Part shown: piece by piece, positions 16,899 through 22,976 of the stretch
Position numbering within the stretch: position 1 is the stretch's first letter
How the letters are laid out: each line of letters begins with the position of its first letter
Origin: an uncultured archaeon
GTDB lineage: Archaea; Asgardarchaeota; Heimdallarchaeia; Heimdallarchaeales; Heimdallarchaeaceae
Length of the DNA stretch: 22,976 nt
Reading direction: 5' to 3'
Assembly: GCA_964549075.1 (NCBI GenBank)
Contig: CAZJUB010000008.1
Span: 1 to 22,976 of the forward strand
Translations under genes and position numbers: made by a program
The notes under the pieces: generated by a model
Databases searched by the model: none
Told to the model about the DNA's origin: nothing
The model's input: the letters and a program-made list of their open reading frames with translations, nothing else

Positions 16899-18392
16899 CT
16901 ATTTCTTTTTAATAAAACTCTCTAAAGAAGATTGAGATTTTTTCTTTGAATCTTTCTTTTGAGTTTTATCCTCTTCAGGAATTATCTTCTGTTCCTCTTG
17001 TTTTTTGGTTGGAGGAGGAGATTTTTTTATGTGAGCACTTTTTTTCTTCTCTGCAAATTCATTGTAAAACAAAATACTTTTTTCTGCTTTTTTTGCTTTT
17101 TCCATCCAATTCTCTGCCATAAGAACATAAGCTTCTTCTGCATATTCTTTGATTTTCTTTATCAACCTACTTGATCCTTCAGTGAGAAAATCCAGATCAT
17201 CATCACTATATTGGAACCAAGTAGCAAGTCCTCCAGCCATTTTTGGATCTGTATTGAAGATTATTCGAATGAAAGGATAATATTCAGTCTGAAATTCTTT
17301 ATTTGAGCAATGTAATCTTCTGGTACTCTTTTCAGCTAAATTCTTGATACTTGCATTTTTTCTCCTTAATCTTGCCATTAGTGACCAATAACTAGGAAAA
17401 CCATATTTAGTAAATTTGAAAGAAGAAGATTTAACCAACCCAACAGAGGAAATGAATGTAAAAAAGTATTTTAGAAATTTCCAATCTTGTTTAATGTAAC
17501 ATTGTGATAAATAGAAATCTGCTAAAGCGATTAATTCGTACATATTGAATTGCTCTGAAGAATTCTCAGATTGCTTCCAAGCGTGTTCATACACATAAGT
17601 CAGTAATTCCCTATAATCTACATCTACCCCATCCAAAGCGGCTTTTGCTTCATCAAAATTTTTTACTTGGAAAATCCTGTTTAAAGCATCATCAAGATTG
17701 TGTTGCTGGTTTCTTGGAGCAAATCTCGTCTTTGTATTCAATGTTCCAAAAGCTGCTCCTTCTAGATCATTTATTGCTGATCTAGCATCTCCACCACAAT
17801 TTTTAGTTATTGCAATAAGAGTTTCCTCATCAATCTTCAAACCTTCTTTTTCAGTAATTTTTTCTAGAAGCAATAGAATTTCATCTTCTTTTAACCGATG
17901 AAATTCAATAACCTTCATGCTTTTTTTCGCAGATTTCAATGAGTCTGCTGAAGGATCATTTGCTGTACAAATTATGGGGATTTTAGTAGAAGTGACAGCT
18001 TTTCCGAGGGCACTCCCCCCACCCCTATCTTCATTTCCAAATAAACCATCAGCCTCATCTACCAAAATTAATTTTCGAACTTTAGCTCCTTGGAGAACAG
18101 TTCCTTCAGTAGATGATTTACCTACAAGCAATTCTACAGCTTTTTTGTTTCTCTTGTCACTTGCATTAACTTCAACAAATTCGTATTTGTATTTTTTAAT
18201 TAAATAATGTACTACACTTGTCTTTCCAACACCAGCAGGACCTGCGAGTAAAGCGACTTTCTTTCTCTGTTGATTCCATGTCCTCAGCCATTTTTCCAGT
18301 TCTTGAACAGAATCTCTATTACCAACAAAATCAACTAAATACTCAGGACGATATTTCTCTACCCAAGGAATTGCCAAGGTTTGACTAGTCAT
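16899..18392 (-). CDS. rfcL: Replication factor C large subunit
   Basis: PWVEKYRP, GPAGVGKT, EVNASD, LVDEADGL, GDARSAINDL, charged tail ending in PIP box QSSLESFI. ATG 18392 preferred over TTG 18401. Confidence 0.93.
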   Translation of the reverse strand: MTSQTLAIPWVEKYRPEYLVDFVGNRDSVQELEKWLRTWNQQRKKVALLAGPAGVGKTSVVHYLIKKYKYEFVEVNASDKRNKKAVELLVGKSSTEGTVLQGAKVRKLILVDEADGLFGNEDRGGGSALGKAVTSTKIPIICTANDPSADSLKSAKKSMKVIEFHRLKEDEILLLLEKITEKEGLKIDEETLIAITKNCGGDARSAINDLEGAAFGTLNTKTRFAPRNQQHNLDDALNRIFQVKNFDEAKAALDGVDVDYRELLTYVYEHAWKQSENSSEQFNMYELIALADFYLSQCYIKQDWKFLKYFFTFISSVGLVKSSSFKFTKYGFPSYWSLMARLRRKNASIKNLAEKSTRRLHCSNKEFQTEYYPFIRIIFNTDPKMAGGLATWFQYSDDDLDFLTEGSSRLIKKIKEYAEEAYVLMAENWMEKAKKAEKSILFYNEFAEKKKSAHIKKSPPPTKKQEEQKIIPEEDKTQKKDSKKKSQSSLESFIKKK

Positions 18393-18471
18393 AAAGTTCA
18401 AATGAGTTATAATTTTTCAATATAAAAAACATGTGTATTTAATACAAGAAAGATGAAATAGAGGGTTACCT

Positions 18472-19098
18472 CTAGCTTTCTTCTGTATCTTCATCTTTAG
18501 TTTTGGTTGAGTCATCCTCTTTTATCTTTATTTTTGTAAAAAGCATTTTACCTAATATACCACCGATAATACCACCAGCTAAGCCTAGTACTGGTATAAC
18601 AAAGAAAGATCCTAAAACCATAGGTGCGAAGAAATTAATAATAAATATTAAGAATCCTCCAGTGGGATCTTCTACTAAGGAAGCAGAAATTGTTGCAAAT
18701 AAGAAACTGAGCAATAGATAGGAAAATACTGATGACCACAATCCTGACCTTAATCCACCTCTAGATGCTAAACCACCAGCAAAAGAACCAATTAACCAAA
18801 TACCTAAAATAAGAATAAATGCTCCAACACCTACCATGTCTTTTATTTCTCCAGTTACGCCAACTACCGGTAACACTTTGAAGTTTAGAAATATACTTGG
18901 ATTGAGAAGCATAAGTAATATAATCCAGAAGTGTCCTCCAGCACCATAATTATCCTGAAAAGTAGTATTTAGATTTGTTAAAGCCACAAATTTTGGGTCG
19001 TAAAAGGTTGGCCATAGAAGAAGCATCAATACGACTACAACAACAAAGCAAGTTACAAATCCTATTAGAGTTTTATATATACGTTTGAAGAATAACAT
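18472..19098 (-). CDS. Hypothetical multi-pass membrane protein
   Basis: About 5-6 TM helices with Gly-rich motifs (GSFAGGLASRGG, GLAGGIIGG). ATG 19098 avoids overlap with the upstream DDAH gene. Confidence 0.75.
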   Translation of the reverse strand: MLFFKRIYKTLIGFVTCFVVVVVLMLLLWPTFYDPKFVALTNLNTTFQDNYGAGGHFWIILLMLLNPSIFLNFKVLPVVGVTGEIKDMVGVGAFILILGIWLIGSFAGGLASRGGLRSGLWSSVFSYLLLSFLFATISASLVEDPTGGFLIFIINFFAPMVLGSFFVIPVLGLAGGIIGGILGKMLFTKIKIKEDDSTKTKDEDTEES

Positions 19099-19169
19099 AT
19101 CAATCAAAAAAGATATGGTAAACGAAATATTTAGAGTTTTGCTTTTAAATTCCGAAGAAAGTTTGGTTT

Positions 19170-19925
19170 TTAAAAGAGAAGTGAGAGACAAGTTAACGAA
19201 GCTTGACATTTTTCAAACTCACTCATATTTAGAGATACCACTTCAAAACCAGCATCTTTTACTATTTCTTGGGCATATTCATATTTATCAGACATAATTA
19301 CAGTATCATTTACAGACAAACAGTTAATTGAGTAATATTCTTCTTTTGGAATTATAAGTAAGCGAAAATTACTAATTAAAGGGTGATTCTCATACTCTTT
19401 TGAAGTAATTAATGTGTTTTTATCAAGATATTTCATATAGCTTTTTAGATGAACAATATTAGGATTTTCGATGGTATCTACCTGAACTTTTAACCAATCC
19501 CTCATTTGTTCAACTCCTAACTTGTTTGTTCTTTGAGATATTCCACAAATTAAACGGGTTGGTAAATGTACTACATCACCTCCTTCTATAGTTGCAGGTT
19601 TAATAGCCTTTGAAATCTTAAAATATTGCTTTAAAACCAGTTCAACATCTTCTTCTTCTCCCCGACGACTTTCAATCCCCATTCGTGTAATAAAAGCTTT
19701 ATCTGCATAGATTACAGCATTATCTTCAACAAAACAAGCATCTGGATATTCATCCTTAGGTGGTAATTCTATTAAATCAAGTCCTAATTCTTTCAAAATA
19801 GTACAGTATTCTTTATGTTGTCTAAAAGCAAGTTCAAGACTTACCGTGTGTCCTAGAGGATGGGAAGTTACACATTTCATATAACTTTTACTGGGTTTTC
19901 GAACCAATGCTTTTCCTGCTTTCAT
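19170..19925 (-). CDS. Dimethylarginine dimethylaminohydrolase (amidinotransferase/pentein family)
   Basis: QHKEY, PDACFVEDNAV, SRRGEE, IEGGDV, GISQRTN, HLKS and C-terminal catalytic Cys in SLTCLS. Confidence 0.9.
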   Translation of the reverse strand: MKAGKALVRKPSKSYMKCVTSHPLGHTVSLELAFRQHKEYCTILKELGLDLIELPPKDEYPDACFVEDNAVIYADKAFITRMGIESRRGEEEDVELVLKQYFKISKAIKPATIEGGDVVHLPTRLICGISQRTNKLGVEQMRDWLKVQVDTIENPNIVHLKSYMKYLDKNTLITSKEYENHPLISNFRLLIIPKEEYYSINCLSVNDTVIMSDKYEYAQEIVKDAGFEVVSLNMSEFEKCQASLTCLSLLF

Positions 19926-19954
19926 AAGTATCTGTTCTTAGATATAGGAATGAG

Positions 19955-19962
19955 TTTAAATA
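19955..19962. promoter_or_regulatory. Possible shared bidirectional TATA box
   Basis: TTTAAATA sits centrally in the 59-bp gap between divergent starts at 19925 and 19985. Confidence 0.4.
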
Positions 19963-19984
19963 TTTCTCCCCTATACACTGAATC

Positions 19985-20812
19985 ATGGTTTTAATTGGGC
20001 AAACTATTCAAACTTACAAAGGTTTAGAATGCGAGCATGTTATTAAATTTGCTAAAACACTAGGAATAGAATCCGGGGAGATTAATCCTCAAGGAGTAAA
20101 TCTAAAAAATGTCAACCAAATAATTGATGTCCTTAACGGTATGAAAACTACTTTCCATCTCCCTGTTGCGGAAATAGATGGATTTGATTTTTCATTTACT
20201 GAAAGTAAGAAGGAAATTGATGGTGTAATTAAGCTTCTCAATAATTATGGTGAAAAATTGAATGTTATTCTAGCTGTATTTCATCCAGTTGAAATCCATG
20301 GTGATTACGAAACTTTAGTGAAGAACTTGAAAGAGCTTAAAATACCTCTTGTTGTAGAAAACATTTTTCATATGTCTGATGAAGACTTCATTGAATACTA
20401 TAAAAAACTCAAAGAAGAACTAGGTTCTCAGTTAAAAGGTTGGTTATTTGATGTTGCACATTCTTATCTATTAAATGGTACAGATAGTTACATGGATTTG
20501 TTGGATAAGATGCCTTTTGATGAATTAGAAGAGATTCATCTATCGGATTGTACTGAAAGGGAAGATTCACACTATTCTTTTGGAGCTGGGGTGCTTCCTG
20601 TTGATAAAATCCTTAAAGAGATTAAACATAGAGGATTTAGAAAGATAATTGTTAATGAGATTAGTGCTTACCCAAGCATTTGGAGTACTGTTGATTCGTA
20701 TCAAAAAGTTGCAAGATTTTTCAAAAAAGGTTTGTTTGTTAAAGTTGCTTTTCGAAAATTGTTAATGAAACCATTAATTCAGAGTAAACTGAAAAAAGCT
20801 GGTATTAGTTAA
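19985..20812 (+). CDS. Xylose isomerase-like/AP endonuclease 2 TIM-barrel metalloprotein
   Basis: TFHLP, VFHP, VVEN, FDVAHSYL, EIHLSD, DSHYSFGAG, IVNE metal-ligand pattern. Confidence 0.8.
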   Translation: MVLIGQTIQTYKGLECEHVIKFAKTLGIESGEINPQGVNLKNVNQIIDVLNGMKTTFHLPVAEIDGFDFSFTESKKEIDGVIKLLNNYGEKLNVILAVFHPVEIHGDYETLVKNLKELKIPLVVENIFHMSDEDFIEYYKKLKEELGSQLKGWLFDVAHSYLLNGTDSYMDLLDKMPFDELEEIHLSDCTEREDSHYSFGAGVLPVDKILKEIKHRGFRKIIVNEISAYPSIWSTVDSYQKVARFFKKGLFVKVAFRKLLMKPLIQSKLKKAGIS

Positions 20813-20828
20813 GCAAGCCTATTATAGG

Positions 20829-21107
20829 TCAAGGTTTCTTTGTGTTATCAATATACTCTAAAAGCTGTTCGGATAGATTTATCCACTTCAGAAAAGAATT
20901 TGATGCTGCTCTAGCAGAAACAGAGTCAGCAGCTTCTATGTTAACAATTAGATTTGAATTTTCGAGCTCAATTGTTGTTGTTGCTCTTTCATTTGGATCA
21001 TAATTTGATTCAAGCATTAAAGAATCGTAGATTTGCTTTGAAATGTTCTCATTTTTAAAATCAAATTTCATCGAGATTTTAATTTTATTAATTACCATAT
21101 TTTCCAT
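20829..21107 (-). CDS. pcc1: KEOPS complex subunit Pcc1
   Basis: IYDSLMLE...ERATTTIELENSNLIVNIEAADSVSARAASNSFLKWI; conserved position downstream of rpl37ae/Brix. Start is ATG 21107 or 21098 rather than 21179. Confidence 0.85.
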   Translation of the reverse strand: MENMVINKIKISMKFDFKNENISKQIYDSLMLESNYDPNERATTTIELENSNLIVNIEAADSVSARAASNSFLKWINLSEQLLEYIDNTKKP

Positions 21108-21117
21108 TCTTATCATC

Positions 21118-21684
21118 CTAATCAAAAACAGAGTCTTCAACTTCTCTGTCCACTGTTCGTAATTTGATTCTTGGACCAATTTGACTGTTTTCTTTGTCTA
21201 GAAACTCCACAAAAATTAATCCTTCATCTTTATCTAAGTAATCAGCATATACAGTTACATATTCACTTTTTTCTAGTTTATCTATAGAAACATTTGATAT
21301 TCCCAAAAATCTTTTAAGAATTTCTTCATCTTTTTGATTATTCAATGTCGAAATCATTATAGAATAAGAAGGTCTCTTTCTTTTTCTATCATCACTACAA
21401 TAATCTCGAAAAAGGCTTAAACCTCTGATCTTTATTGCATAAGGAAGCTCACTTATTTTGGATGATAGATCGAAGAATCTAATAAAGTTTGGATTACCTT
21501 TTACAGAATTAATAATTACTGCAGTTCCTATACCTTGATTTTTCATTGAATTTAATCCATAATTTAAAGAAGTTGAACCTCTTACAATCCGTTTGGATTG
21601 TGGTACGACAGAAACTAAATCATGAATAAATGATCTTGTCTTCTTTGATGGATCACGAGATGTAGTATAACCTATTTTATTCAT
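21118..21684 (-). CDS. Brix-domain (Imp4-like) ribosome biogenesis protein
   Basis: YTTSRDPSKKTRSFIHDL, RGSTSL, VKGNPNFIRF, IGPRIKL; exosome operon context. ATG 21684 preferred. Confidence 0.85.
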   Translation of the reverse strand: MNKIGYTTSRDPSKKTRSFIHDLVSVVPQSKRIVRGSTSLNYGLNSMKNQGIGTAVIINSVKGNPNFIRFFDLSSKISELPYAIKIRGLSLFRDYCSDDRKRKRPSYSIMISTLNNQKDEEILKRFLGISNVSIDKLEKSEYVTVYADYLDKDEGLIFVEFLDKENSQIGPRIKLRTVDREVEDSVFD

Positions 21685-21755
21685 TAAAAGAAGATAACCT
21701 ATGAATTTTAAAATGTAAGCATTCAAAACAAAAAGAAAAATAAAGAATGAAGAGG

Positions 21756-22037
21756 TTATTGTTCTTCCTTTAATCCTTCAGAAATACGAGTAACTCTTCG
21801 ATTGATACTTCTTCCAGCACTTGTATTAGGTTCCCATGCGCCACCTGCAATTTTCTCACCGCATTTAGTGCATTCCCAAATACCTAAACCAGTTCTTTTT
21901 AGAGTTTTCATAAAACAAACAGGACACTTATAAGCTACTTTACTTTTTTCTTCAATTTGTCTAACTCGTTTTCTTACTGTACTACCATATCTAGTGCCAT
22001 ATCTACCTGTTGTTCCTACTTTTTTTGTTTTTGGCAT
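21756..22037 (-). CDS. rpl37ae: 50S ribosomal protein L37Ae (eL43)
   Basis: KKVGTTGRYGTRYGSTVRKR, CPVC...GIWECTKC, AGGAW; SD GAGGTG upstream. Confidence 0.97.
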   Translation of the reverse strand: MPKTKKVGTTGRYGTRYGSTVRKRVRQIEEKSKVAYKCPVCFMKTLKRTGLGIWECTKCGEKIAGGAWEPNTSAGRSINRRVTRISEGLKEEQ

Positions 22038-22052
22038 TAATTACACCTCTTC

Positions 22053-22883
22053 TTACTTCGAAATCGCTTTCATCAGCTCTTTCCTTAAACTTTTCGATAC
22101 ATTCAAACATTCTCGTACTTGAGTTTTAACTTCTTCAGGAGTATATATACCTAATTTACCTTTCTGCATTGAAACTATTCGATCTTGTTCATCAAAACCA
22201 AATGTAATTCTTGCATCACTAATCTGATCTTCTTTGAGGTTTGGATCAAAAATATTGTATTCACCTATTTTATAAGTAGTTACAGCAACTGTGTAATGAT
22301 CAATTTTTAGAGGTTCTAGCTCTTCCTCAAGAATTTCAGTCTCAAGAGGTTCTTCACTTATTATTTTTACTTTTGGTATTTTAGTTGTTGCAAGAGCTGC
22401 CATTGATGCCAAGGTTGCAGCATCAAACAGATTCCCATCGTCATTTAGTACATACATATCAATAAAGAGTATCCATACTAATTTTCCAGGGACTATACAA
22501 AGTTTCGATAAATCGATTGCATGTGATTCTCTGATTGCTCTATCTGTCACACGAGCTAGTTCAATTGCATCTTCTGCTGGAGGACCACTTTCGAAGTATG
22601 GTGATGCCAATGGTGATAGTTCAGCACTAGTAGTTATGACTCCACTATCAGGCGTATCTGGAAAAGGACTTCCTAAGGTAGCCTTAATACCTGCAATTAT
22701 CTGTGTATCACCGATTGATACCACTGCTGAACCCTCTGCTTTTTGAACATAATTGGTCTCAATTGCTATTTTTCTGAATTCTGATAAAATTCTACCATCA
22801 GCACGTTTATTCTGTTCTAAAAGAAATTGTATGTGATGTTTTTCTATTTCACTTATAACATAATCGTCACCCATTTTACTCAT
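22053..22883 (-). CDS. rrp42: Exosome complex component Rrp42
   Basis: RADGR, KAEGSAVVSIGDTQ, PFPDTPDSG, FESGPP, ELARVTDRAIRES, DDGNLFDA, DARIT. Alternative start ATG 22874 has a better spaced GGAG. Confidence 0.95.
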   Translation of the reverse strand: MSKMGDDYVISEIEKHHIQFLLEQNKRADGRILSEFRKIAIETNYVQKAEGSAVVSIGDTQIIAGIKATLGSPFPDTPDSGVITTSAELSPLASPYFESGPPAEDAIELARVTDRAIRESHAIDLSKLCIVPGKLVWILFIDMYVLNDDGNLFDAATLASMAALATTKIPKVKIISEEPLETEILEEELEPLKIDHYTVAVTTYKIGEYNIFDPNLKEDQISDARITFGFDEQDRIVSMQKGKLGIYTPEEVKTQVRECLNVSKSLRKELMKAISK

Positions 22884-22976
22884 CTCCTTTCTTAGGTTCC
22901 TCTTTCTTAGGTTCCTCTTTGACTTCCTCTTTCTTAGGTTCCTCTTTGACTTCCTCTTTCTTAGGTTCCTCTTTGA
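22876..22976 (-). CDS. 3' end of upstream gene, probably exosome Rrp41, with low-complexity charged tail
   Basis: Reads KEEPKKEEVKEEPKKEEVKEEPKKEEPKKGDE* with TAA at 22876-22878 beside the rrp42 start. Identity is inferred only from the conserved rrp41-rrp42 order. Confidence 0.6.
   Translation of the reverse strand, partial: KEEPKKEEVKEEPKKEEVKEEPKKEEPKKGDE
22888..22976. repeat. Coding tandem repeat built from 15-bp (CTTAGGTTCCTCTTT) and 12-bp (GACTTCCTCTTT) units forming a 27-bp period
   Basis: Nucleotide-perfect units are directly visible up to the window end; all unit lengths are multiples of 3. Confidence 0.9.

Noticed and set aside
3174-19297. Short track ORFs 3174, 5984, 6233, 6663, 7452, 7724, 11245, 13031, 14088, 15210, 16959, 17698, 17917, 18503, 19085
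   Set aside because: All overlap longer motif-supported genes antisense or out of frame and have no recognisable domains.
12621-21120. Genome-wide TAG reassignment
   Set aside because: Four genes end in TAG, including fdx at its expected length and rfcL directly after the PIP box.
22888-22976. CRISPR array
   Set aside because: Head-to-tail repeats without unique spacers, frame-preserving and coding.

Overview
AT-rich (roughly 30% GC by eye), gene-dense archaeal chromosomal window. It is most likely from an Asgard (Heimdallarchaeia-like) archaeon; this is inferred from the archaeal exosome operon, archaeal RFC-L with PIP box, an Asgard-style RING finger and C-terminally anchored surface proteins. 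Left part: partial membrane protein, APH(3')-like kinase, YwrD-type gamma-glutamyltransferase, orphan EutA, and an atypical ABC cluster (LolD-type ATPase with AbrB-like and Zn-ribbon tail, two membrane proteins, circularly permuted family-5 solute-binding protein). Centre: a Dna2-like Cas4-nuclease/SF1-helicase fused to a C-terminal RING finger, a 75-nt structured intergenic element, a 2[4Fe-4S] ferredoxin missing from the ORF track, an amber-interrupted surface protein gene, and a TrmB-like protein split by about 530 aa of predicted coiled coil. Right part: purine PRTase, wHTH protein, rfcL, membrane protein, DDAH, TIM-barrel protein, and the exosome superoperon (probable rrp41 3' end with KEEPK repeats, rrp42, rpl37ae, Brix, pcc1). 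No CRISPR array, rRNA, canonical tRNA or transposase was seen. All family calls come from motif recognition, not database searches.
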